The position numbers and the translations under genes are program-made. From positions 186,001-250,000 of the forward strand of contig OZ237742.1 in assembly GCA_965178125.1 (NCBI GenBank): a stretch of DNA of 64,000 nucleotides, read 5' to 3'. Of this stretch, positions 23,689-34,953 are shown piece after piece. The number at the start of each line of letters is the position of its first letter. Position 1 is the stretch's first letter. The notes below the pieces were generated by a model. That model saw only the letters and a program-made list of their open reading frames with translations, was not told the origin of the DNA and did not search any database. Source of the DNA: Bilabrum cf. latius. Taxonomy: Eukaryota.

Positions 23689-26641
23689 ATGTCCGAGCAG
23701 GAGGGTGGAGACCCAGTATATGTGACCAATAAAGTAAAGTTCTTTGCAGGCGATGAGGTTCTGATCAAAGCAGATGGAGAAGAAGTGAGGTATCGGACAT
23801 TTTCGATTTGCAGGCAACTTCTTCTCGTACCTATCTGGACTTCATCAGCCAGGCATGTGCCTAGTTCGCAGGGAGAGTTCGTAGGAACATTAGGGAAGAA
23901 GGATGATGGCGAAGATGTCGAGATTTATTGGTTTTATAAGTACGATGGTGAGACCGAGCAAGCGTCAGCACACATGTGTGCTTGGAGCGCCGAGTAGTCA
24001 TCTCAGGTCGCGTTTACTCCTATTTGATGCCGCAGACATATTGGGGCCAAAGTTTTTCCTGCATGAGCAAGAGCTTGGGAAGTCAATGCATTATCCTGAC
24101 AGAATCCCCGGCCCGAGCATCAACGGGCGAGTACACGTAGCTCAATTGGATAGCGCGGCTGAATCAGTCAGCAAGTAGTTTTTGGACAACTGCGACTACT
24201 TTTTTCGGTTTACTGTTGCAAAATCGCCTAGTCTGCGCCGGCGCCTGTATCTGAATGGGGCGAAGGGCAGGTGCTTTTGTGGATTGCCAGATTCATTGGC
24301 ACCCAAAGGGATGGTGGCGTGCGTTCCGCGTGATCAGAAGCGATGTCCGCACGTAATGCACTCTCAGTGCGCTCGGATATTGCAGCTAGGGTTTCACGCC
24401 GCTTAGATTCGCTCCGGGCTGCGCACAGCCGACTCGGATGCCTGGATCGGCAAGCGCCTGGACACCCCCCTCACCAAGAAGGAATTGGCTCGGCTGAGGC
24501 CGCAGGGCGTCGCATTTGGCGGAGAATTTATGTGTCCCGAGTGTGCGGCGAGGCATGAGGCCGCAGGAGGCAGGGCGGGAAAGGGGAAGGGGAAGGGGAA
24601 GGGGCACGCCCGGGCCGGCGGTGGGATGTCGTCCAGCTCGAAGGAGAGGGCGGATGGGGCGGCTGCCGGTGCCGCGGCTGTGGCGGCCGCCGCTGCCTCC
24701 TCGCCCATGCTTGCAGCTGCTGCCCCGAGGCTCCGCAGGTCTCCCCGCTCTGCCTCCAGTGCTGGATCCAGCGCCGTGTCGGAGGGAGACGGGGCGGGCG
24801 CTGGAGCTGCGGAGGGGGGGTTGGATCCCAGTGACCCCGGCGCGTGGCCCTCGGAGCGTACGATGCGCAAGGCCATGCTTGATGAACTCAAGGTGCTGCG
24901 CAGAATCGAAGCTCAGAAGAGGAACAGGGACATGCAGACAGGATCGAAGGGCGAGGGCAGGGGCAGGGCCACGGCAGCCTCTTCCTCGGCCCCAGTGTGC
25001 GCGGCGGAGGCGCCGACCGAGCGTCCGAGTGATGCGTCCTCGGCTGGACCGACGCCGGCCAGCTCGCTGCCGAGCGGAAGCAGTGAGGAGTCACAGACCG
25101 ATGCGCTCCTGTTCGCGGGGCTGCAGGGCGATGCCGCCAATGCCGCGCGCTCGCGTGCGCCCTCGCAGGACCCGGCAGCGGGCGGCAGCGCTCCCTCATC
25201 TTCTGCCGCAGCCGTATCTTCGTCCTCTTCGGCATCGTCAGCTGGTGCCGCCCATTCCAGTTCCAGTCCACCCAGTTCCACCCCAGTAGACGACACCAAG
25301 GCGCTGGCAGCGCTCGGAGTCAGGATGAACCCGGACGAGTCGGGGGCGAAGGAGCTGGGGGAGGCCATCGCGAAGGCCCAGGCCAAGTCGCAGGGCGCCG
25401 GGGCGGCGAGTAAGGCAGGAGATGCAGCCGCACTTGGCAGCAAGCGAGCGAGGGGTACCACAACGCCTGCATCGACATCGACATCGACATCGACATCGAC
25501 AGGCAGTGAGCAAGCAGAAGAAGAGGCTACTGCACCCGCCAAGAGGAGACGCACGGACGACAACAGTAACGGTAGCAGCAGGGCTCAGGCAAGCAAGGCC
25601 ACGAGCAAGAGCGCTTCCAAGACGTCTGGGCAGCCGCCGTCGAGGTCTGCAGGCCTGCCATCGGCAAGCAGCGGAGAGGACAGGCGGGTCCTGGGCACAG
25701 GCAGCCTGGCCTACGCCTCCAACGGCAGCATCCCTCCCCTGCTGCCGGTGGCACCGCCGGCGAACTCCCCCGCAGCTGGCGCGGGCAGTGCAGACAGCAC
25801 CTCGACGCTGGGCCTGCTGGCTGAGACAGCCTTCAGTCGGCCAATGGCGCAGGACGCTACATTCCCTGCATCCTCTCCGCAAGCAGAGTACCAGATTGCC
25901 GGCACGCCAGCGTCCCGGCTGCACGGCGCGCTTCCAAGCAGTGGGCACAGCCCCGGTGCTGCACCGCTGCAAGCCTTTCAGGTGTAGGCAGTCGGGTAGC
26001 AGCCCGTGGTGCACGGCGCGGGCGTGTACGCCGTGTCGCCGACAGGCGCCGGAACGGACTACTACACAATGCAGATGCCCCCGAGCGCGGGCCATGGCGG
26101 CGGCGGCATAGTCTATGCCGCGCAAGGGCCTTTCATTCACGCCTACTAGTAGTACGGTGGCGGTGGCGTGGGCGTGAGCCCCCAGGTGTTCATGGCGCTG
26201 CAGTCCATGCAGCCGGCGCAGGCCGCCATGGGGCACGTTGCCCCAGGGGGGATAGGAATGCCCGCCATGCACTAGTATGCCGTCATGCAAGCGGGGCAGG
26301 CTGTACCCCAGATGGGCGTGTCGCCGTGGGCTTAGGCCCAGGCGGGTGCGGGTGCGGGTGCGGGTGCGGGCGGGCACTTCGTGGTGCAAGCGCAGCCGCA
26401 GTACCACTCCGTGGGGCAGTACCCGTATTCCTACCAGCAGCCTGCGAGTGCCGAGTCTGTGACCGGGGGTACCTCGATGTACGGACTGGCGCCGAACTAC
26501 GGAATGGCCAGCGCCTAGCTTCCCTTCTCAAGCGACGGGGGGGCGCAGGTGTTTGGCAGCGAGGATCAGGCTGCCAAGGGCGCCTCTGCAAAACAGGATG
26601 GGACAAGCGATAGTGGGCTACCAGAGATTCCATCCACGTGA
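23689..26641 (+). CDS. BAH-domain plus PHD-finger-like chromatin protein with a long low-complexity, Gln/Tyr/Gly-rich tail
   Basis: BAH-like 'GDEVLI...VEIYWFY...EQELGKSMHYPDRIPGPSINGRVHV' and Cys/His pattern 'CFC...C...CPHVMHSQC...CPEC'. Predicted introns 23785-23871 and 23948-24035. Many TAGs in the Gln-rich tail; stop TGA 26639-26641. Confidence 0.7.
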
Positions 26642-26778
26642 TTCTGGGGCAGTCTCCGTGGGAAAAGCTACCATGTGTGGCGGCTGGGTGCTGCAGTGGT
26701 TGCAGTGCATTGAGCTGTTGTTGTCGACACGCCGTGCTTTGCTCATTTCAAGATGCAGTACGCCTGGTATGGCTGAAT

Positions 26779-27571
26779 ATGCAAGCTGGTCATATTATTT
26801 TACACTTGGATGTTAACGCATGCTACGCATAGATGGAACGGGTGCGCCTTGGACTACCGGAAGGTACGCCAATCGCAGTGTCGCAGTGGGGAGGGCTGAT
26901 AGCTGTCTCCTACGCTGCCCGAGCATTCGGTATCAGCCGACACGACAACGCAAAGGAAGCTAAGAGAAAATGCCCTCATATTGTTATCCCGCATGTCGAA
27001 CTAGTGGACGATAGTGGTAACGTTGTGGACAATCCCGGAGCAGCAGACAAGGATAGGTATAAAGTTAGTCTTTCTCGGTATAGGAAGGCGTCGAAGCGCC
27101 TATTAGAGGAATTTGTAGCTGTAGTTGGCCAAGAGTAGTGCGAGAAGGCGTCAATCGACGAAGCTTATCTGGACGTCACGTCCTTGTGCAGACTTGCAGT
27201 CGAGAGTGGCCAGATCCCATAGTGCACTAATGGGGATGGGTGCCAAGGAGCTCAGGAGGCGAAATCTAGCGCTTCTGATAGCGCGAGAGGCTCGAAAGGC
27301 AGCGCAGGAGGCTTCAATGTATGCGTGGACGCTGCCGAACGCATACGCCAAATCATCCAAACTGCGGAAGCAGAGCTTGGCCCAGACTGCTTTTTCGAAG
27401 TATCCAGGATCTCATTGGATAAAAAAGGCTCATTGTCTGCTCGCGTGGATGATGCGACTGGCCCATCTGGTCCGAAATTTGCCGCGGCAGTAGCGCTTGG
27501 TGGTGATGTAGCTGCTGCTGCCTCTGCTGGTTGCAGCAGTGATACCAACCATGGCGCAGGCGCTGGCAAAC

Positions 27572-27622
<51 letters not shown>

Positions 27623-29241
27623 GCGGTATTTCAGATCCGAGTGGCCGTGGCCTGCTGCTCCTGGACGCCCTCCAGTCGGGCGATCTGCAGCCCTCGCTGC
27701 GCCAGAGCGACGCCATGCTCCTCGCGGGGGCAGTCATCGCCAAGCGGATCCGGTCCAGGGTCGCCGCGAACCTCGGGTACACACTGAGCGCGGGCATCGC
27801 CCACAACAAGCCGCTCGCAAAGATCGCCAGCGACTCCCGGAAGCCCAACAAGCAGACGGCAGTCCCCACTTCAGCGGCGCCGTACCTCATGCGGTCGCTG
27901 CGAGTGCAAGACGTGCCATCGCTCGGTGGCAAGTGGGGGCAGCAGGTTGTGGCTGCGTGTGGGACCGACTCGGTAGCTCAGATCTTGGACTCGGGAAGGG
28001 ACAGGGTGCGAGCGGCGCTGGGGTAGGAGCAGGCAGGCTCGGTGGTGAGGGCACTGGAGGGGCATGGGGACTATGTCGTGCGGCCCCGCACGCTGACCAA
28101 GCAGCTGATGAGCGCCAAGTCCTTCAAACCTGTGTCGTCCCTCTCTCAGTGCGACCGCTGGATCCGCGTGCTTGCCAACGAGCTGGCCCCCCGGATCCTC
28201 GAGGACTCCTAGGAGAATGAGCGCTGGCCCAGGGGGCTCGCACTCATGTACAGGCACGTCTCGGTGCGCTCGCAGGCCATGCGCAGCAAGCAAGGGCCCA
28301 TGCCGGCGATCGACATCGCGCCCACTGGCAGTCATGTGAAAACAGGGGCAGGGCAGCAGCATCCACAGGGTGGTTCACGTGCGGCAATTTCTGCACGTGC
28401 AGGCGATGATGAGAGTCGACAGGACAGTGGGGCTGTGGTGGCATCGGGCTCCTCATCACAGGCCGCCTCCAAGAAAAGACCCGCATCCAATGATGATGTT
28501 TCAGGTGCAACTAGCTCTGCCGCTGGTTCTACTGGTCTTGATCGTGGTGCGGAACCTGGAGATTGTCCGCCGGCTGCGCTTAGACCCAGCGATCGGCTCG
28601 CTGCGGCTGCGATGTCACTGCTGCGGCAGGTGCCAGCCGCTGATCTCCTGCCGTGCAACCGCATAGCGCTCGTTGCCAACTCTTTCATCCCTCGCGACGC
28701 GGGCACAGACCTGAGCAACTACTTCGGAGGTCGCGCGGGAGGCACCACTGGGCGATCGGCTGCGACCCAACGACCCTCAATTATGGCATCGAGGCTTGGG
28801 GCTGGGGGCGGCTTGCTGGGCAAGGGTAAAGGGAGAGGCAGAAGCAGAGGGGTCCCATCACGGCCAGGGGCTGGGTCTTCGATCGTCTCGATGCTCACCT
28901 CCATGCAGGCGATTGGCAGCAAGCGAGCGCGGGATCTAGACCCGGCCGCCGGTCGTGGAGCAGTGCAGGCGGCGGCTGCAGGCCCGAGCAGGTCAGGATT
29001 CGGGAACGGGGCCGCAAAGCGCAGTCGAGCCGCGGCGACTGGCATGCTTGGATTCTTGTAGTCTACCCGAGGGCAGGCAGACACAGGGTCGGGCCGTGGT
29101 CCGGCACGACAAGTGGGACAGGATCCGTCGGTGGGACACAGCAGCCGGCCGCCTGCGACGGGGCAAGGGGCGCAGGGAGGCAAAACCGTTTAGGCTGTGG
29201 ACGAGGTGGTCAACTTGCTGAGCGACAGCGACAGTGACTGA
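26779..29241 (+). CDS. POLH: DNA polymerase eta (Y-family translesion polymerase)
   Basis: 'IILHLDVNACYA(TAG)ME', 'SQWGGLIAVSYAAR', 'KVSLSRYRKAS', 'CEKASIDEAYLD', 'SAGIAHNKPLAKIAS...KPNKQT', 'SLGGKWG'. Stop TGA 29239-29241. Confidence 0.92.
27573..27621 (+). repeat. (AGC)n microsatellite encoding poly-Ser within Pol eta
   Basis: Uninterrupted agc run seen in the sequence. Confidence 0.9.
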
Positions 29242-29367
29242 CTGACATGCATGAAAGTACGATTTGTAAGTCCCTACTGAGTACAGGAGGCAGCTTGAAT
29301 CCTGAGTCTTGACCAGCCTCGATGTGCCACGCCAAGCTGTTCACTAGCATCAGTGCATCATGATCAG

Positions 29368-32300
29368 TCAGTCCGTCCCGAGGCTGAACCGCGCCACCCG
29401 CACACCGCGGTTCGACACGCGAGCATGCAGCTTGTGCGCGGCAACCACCATAAAGTCTGCCGTGCCTTCTCCACGCCGGTGTGGGTCCTCATTCCCACCT
29501 CCTGTCGTCCCAACCGCCCCGTCCACTGGGACGTCAGAGCCTGCGCTGGCACCATCCTTGGCCCCGGCAGCCTCTCCTGTGGCATCCCCATCGCCGCGCG
29601 GCACCACCAGTCCCTTGTGCAGCGCCACGTCCAGCAGCTCGGGGCGAGGCATGCACAGGTCCTCCCGCCCCGGTGAGCCCCCGGGCAGCACGGAACCCCT
29701 CGCAGCCAGGAAGCTAGCCAGCACCACCGCCCTCTCCTGGCCACCGATGGCCTCAGCCGTGGCAGTCCGCCAAGCGAGCGAGTAGGAGGGATCCAGCTCG
29801 CCCCGGTCCGCGGGCCGGTGTCCTTCTCCGTGGCTGAGCCCTAGGGAGTCGCCGATCCCCGCGCCTGCCTCCAGCAGATCGCTGGTCGTGCCGCTGCCGC
29901 CGTCAATCCCGGATGCCGCGGTCCCCTCAGAGCCTGGTTTGCCCCGTCCTTCCTTGGTTCCACCCGACTGAGGGCGATCTCTGAATCTCCAAGGCTGCAG
30001 CAGCACGGTGTCCTCGCTCTCGTCTGCAAGCACCCCTTGCAGCGCAGATGCCACCTGCCCGAGAGCATCTCCCGACCGTCTTGACACGCGTATCTTGGCC
30101 TCTGGTGGCACGTCCGCGCACTCGATCTGCCGACTGGCCCGCTGCTGCCTAGTAGGCGTGGCTCCACCCCCCGAATGGGGGCAATACTCTGCCAGTGGGC
30201 AGCACAGCCTGAACGCAAGTCGAGCGGTGGCGAAGGCCAGCGGAGGCATGGAGGCCACAAGCCCGCGCTCCTATCGGGTCTGCTCGCCTCCCGTCTCATC
30301 AACACTGCCTGCAGGGCCACTTTCCTCCGGGGCGGCCTCTGCCCTGCCCCTGCTGCCATCTGCAACGCCATCGCCACACCCTGGAGGCAGCAACGCGCCA
30401 AACACCTCCACAATCCTCCCGCACAGCGTCTCTGCGTCCTCCATGGCAACGATCAGCCGAGCGAAACACTCCCGCACGGCCGACCTCCCTGCCTCTTCCG
30501 CCCCCTAGTGCACCTGCCTCCTGGCCAGGTCGGGCGACCCCCCAGCCGCCCTGCTTACGGCAGAGGCCATCGCGGTCGCCGCCTCACCGCCCACCCCCCG
30601 TGAGGCCAGGCTGCGCCTGAGACCCGCGTCTGCGAGACTAGCCGCTGTGACGAGTGCGGCGGAGGCTCGGTGCAGACGGGATCGGATCGGTGACGCGGGC
30701 ACGTCATTTGGGCCTAGCGGCTCCGCCTCCTGCGCCATGGGTCCCTGCGCCGCAAGCCAGTCCTCTGCTGCCAGCAGGGCGGGCACTCTGTGCTCCAGAG
30801 AGTGCAGCCCTGCTGCGGCTAGTGCTGAGGCCAGCCCCTGCAGCAGCCTACCGAGCGGCAGCGTCTCGAGATCCACGAGAGCAGTCTCGGCTTCTCTCTC
30901 ATCGTTCGTCATCGGGCGCTGCTCGTCCGCTGCCAGTGGGCTGCACTCTCCCCACAGCACCTGCCAGGACCTGGGCCCTGTGCTGGGCGCACCACCTGGT
31001 GCTGTTGCGTCTTGCATGCGCTCTGACAGGTGGCCCTTCACCACAGCGGTCGAAGTGCCGGTCTTGGCCTCTGGCACAGCTGGAGGGCTTGCGCCAGAAG
31101 GAGCGGGCGTGCCAGCGGAGAGCGGGCCGCTTCTTGGCGCCGATTGGTTCGCGTCCATTGTGGAGTCAGTCGCGCCGCTCTCTCCCGCGACCCCACTCAA
31201 GGGCCGAGCGCTGGGCTCTGGTTCAACTTCCGTCCCACTCTCGCGGGTTTTGTCATTTCCGCCATCATCCCCATCGTCACTGACGACCACGACTTCGTCC
31301 TCATCCCCATCCTCGTCGTCGTCCTGGATCCAGTCCCTTGGGCTATGCCACCGCACGAAATCTTCGAACGTGCAGCCGGGATTGGCGGCTTGAAACGCCT
31401 GCATGTCGTTGGCCAGTCGCTGCTCCGATCGAATGGCCCTCGATGAGGCATCCATGCTTAGAAATAGGGACTGCTCCTCGGCCAGTCGATCGTCGCTGTG
31501 TAGGGCCGCCGGCTGCACCCTTGGCCTGTGCATCGCACTGCCGCTCATGAGGTACATCCCGGGGATTGGACCCAAGGATCCCCTCCTGGGGGGGTTTCCA
31601 GTAGCACCTCTGCTTGGCCCCGCGGTGGACAGGCCAGCTTGAGAATCGCCCCCAGATTCAGCAGCTTGACCACTGGCAGCAGCCGACCCTGCCTCCCCAG
31701 CTGTGGACTCGCAACTCTACCTCTTGGCTCGGGCCAGCTTCCTCAAGATTGTCGCCTGCACCACAGTAAGCTTCTGGTACAGCAGGCTATCACTTATGTT
31801 GACTTCGAGACCGTCGGCGGGGTCTGTTGCCGAGCCGTTGTCGCCGCTCGTGGCGCTGGCCTGTGGCATTCCAAGGGGAGGCCCCAGCGCGCCACCGCGC
31901 CCGCCGGGCATGAAGGGCAGTGGGATACAGCTCTCGTAGTACCACCGCACCTCGGCTGCAATGAGAGACCACATGGCACTCATTCCCCTGGGCCCACGCA
32001 TGCGGCTGCACATGGCGGCCGCCAGGGCGAGAAGGCTCCCCGCAGGACAGGTGCCTCTACTCATTGACTCTCCATTGGACGTCACGGACGGATCGCACGG
32101 GGATCCACGCGCAAACAGGCCGTGCAGACACGCCTTCAGCTCGGCAGGCGTGGGGAGTGCGGCATCGAGACCTCTGGCCTCGTTCTCAAGCCCGTCGCTG
32201 CCCGAGGACGACATGGAGGACCCGGCGCTCCAGTGCCCGCGCATGGTGACGGCCTGATTCAGGCCAGACGTCAGAACACGAAGGCCGGACAGCCGCTCTT

Positions 32301-34773
32301 CGTGCCTCTTCAACTCCCGGGGGTTCGTTGGACAGTTGCCGGGGAGGGACAGGGACCAGCCCGCGAAGGGGTCGGGGCCCATACGGGTGTCCCTGTCTGC
32401 ACCAGCGCCGAACCTGGGCCCCCCGATGCCGCTGCGCCTGGCCCGCTGCTCTGCTTCATTCCTCGCCTCTTGTACCTTGCGGGCAAATTGTCGCTCCGCC
32501 GCACGGATAGACTGCCTGCCTACATCCCCCGCAGGCTCAGCGCCGAACCCCGCCGATTCACTCGCGGATGACGCGCGCCAGAGCCGCTGCACAGAGGCCG
32601 CTAGAGGGCTGTATGCGCGCGCCAGTTTCAGCGCGTAGTCCACGAGCGTGGAGGAGGGCGGTCGTTCTGTCGGGTCCAGAATCGCCGATTCGGGCAGCGA
32701 GTCGGCAGGACTGCTGTCAGCCGTTGTGCTGTCGACTGCTGCTCCCGCTGACGGTGGATCTGCCTGTCCTACCGTTGGGGCCCCCGCAACGGGACCCGAT
32801 CCAGCACCGCTAGCAGCAGCAGTTTGATGCAAATGCCCTTTCAAGCAGCAGCCCGGCTTTGATACAATTCTCCGAAGAATCCGCTCAAATGCCTGCGGGG
32901 AGGGAAGCCAGGCAGGCGCCGAGCCTTGATCCGACTTGGCTGAACCCAGCGCTGCCCTCTGGACAACTGCTTGAGCACCTAGCCTGTGCACATTAAAGTG
33001 CTTCTGAACCGCATCAATCGCGGTGTTAGCCAGCCTCAGCATCTGCACCTGGCCCCTGTGCCTGCGGCTGCACCGGAGAGCGAGCTGCGGCAGGACCCAC
33101 GATGGCTAACTGCTGCCATCCTATCCGGGAGGGCCTCCCGCATGCCGCCAATCCGACTTAAGGGAGGTAGGCGCCTGGTTCCAGCCTTGCGATGGTGGGC
33201 TATACAGGCCCTGGTCAGCCGTGCCTGCACCCGTGGCCATTGGACTACTGCTCACAGCCCCGATGGCGCCCAGCGCCGCTCGAGCCGCCCTCACGTGACT
33301 GCCGTTCTCGCTCGCAGCGCAGGAGGACGACCGAGCAAACCTGGCCTATAGGAAGACTCTGCGGGCTTGACCCACGTGTCCACCTGTTGGGTTGAGCTGC
33401 GAGTCGCCGTGCGCTGCGATGCCTGCGTCCAGCGCGGCTCTCTGTTCCGCTGACAGCGAGTATGACCCCAGCCCGTCCGATGCCGGCGTGTCGTCCGTCT
33501 CCAGCAGAGCGGCACACATGGGCCCCCAGCAGGACCTCAGGCCCAGAGACTGCACGGCCCGCTTTCCTCTCCTCGGGCCCCAGCACGGACCCGGCCCCGC
33601 AGCTCGCACCAGGGCTGGTACCTCCTCTGATCCCGATAGGGCTGATGTACCGCCTCCTGATGGTGCGGCTGCAGTACCGGTGCTGGTGCTGGTGCTGGTG
33701 CTGGTTTCACTCGCGCCCACGCACAGGGCCATTGAGTCCAGCAGAACAGCTCCCCTCCGCAGCTGTGGATTAACAGGGGTCCAGAGGAGACATCTGTCCA
33801 GAGCCAGGGCAGCCTCGCGAGCCGCCAGGTCAACCTCGGGGAAGTGTGCCTGCCGATGGTGCTGTGCAGGTAGAGCGAGGGGCGGGGCGGCCCCCGCCAG
33901 TGATTTGGGAGTTGCGCTCGGCTGCGATGCACACCGCCGGAGGGCCGCCCCCAGGGCCGAGGAGGCCAGCGCCAGGGGCCTCCCGCCGCCCTCGAGGCAG
34001 AGGGAGGCCTGGGGCACCCAGTGCCAGGCGGCCTGCACTGAGGCGTAAGGGGCGATCGATGTGGAGCTGCGCGCGGTCTGTCTGGTAAGACGGGCAAGTG
34101 GTCGCTCAGGGGTGGCTCGGCAGTGCCACCTAAACAGCTGCAACATGCCACGGAGGGATTCCAGCCGAGGGTTTGCCCCATCCGAATGGTCCTCAATCCG
34201 AAGCATCCCTTGCGCAACGACACCTGAACAATGGGGCTTTGCCGCATCTTGTTTGCGCTATGGTCGAGTGCAATGACTGTGCATGAATCCATTGATGATA
34301 TTGCCTGTCTGCGTCTCTACAGAGACTGCTACAGCTGCTGCAAGATACTTCAGGCCAGCCTTTGGGATTGCCTCATCCAGCGCTAGCCTGAGAGCAGAGA
34401 GAAGCTTGTTTCTCGTGTCTGCTTGCTTCTCATATGAAGTACCATGAGCATGAAGCATGATCAGAACGTCTACTCCCGAAGGAGCTAGAGCTTGCAAACC
34501 ATGATCACCACCAAAATCTGATGCGAACGAAAGCAGTGGCAGACCCCGAGTCGCTCCAACCTTACTGAACCGCAAGCGAAGCTACAATCCATCAATTTGA
34601 AAGGTGCCAGCTTGAGATTCTGTCAAGTAATCCCCTGGTGTGCCAGATTCTGCAAGCATAACAGTGAGCGATTGGGCAAAGCCTGCCACCAGCTTCTCCC
34701 AAGCGGTTGACTGCGAAAAATCCCACCAAACGTAGTCTTTGCTAACACCATGTAGTATCGCTGCCGAGGACAT
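29368..34773 (-). CDS. RAB3GAP1: Rab3 GTPase-activating protein catalytic subunit
   Basis: Seven listed ORFs share one frame and join across TAGs. Motifs 'WDFSQSTAWEKLV', 'SLLYQKL', 'DMQAFQAANPGCTFEDFVRWHSPRDW', 'GHLSERM'. Stop TGA at 29370-29368. Confidence 0.9.
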
Positions 34774-34953
34774 GCGAGGCTTTATTGCAGGGCCACTAAT
34801 GACGGCTCAATGCAAATTTAGGGTTTGACCGGAACGCGTGATGAGTGGGGTGCCGATACTCTACGGCAGGCGACAAAAATGTGCACCGTGTAACATAAAT
34901 ACTAGCACGAGTGTGCTGGCTTGCCGAATTACCCGGCTGCCCCGCCCTCCCGC

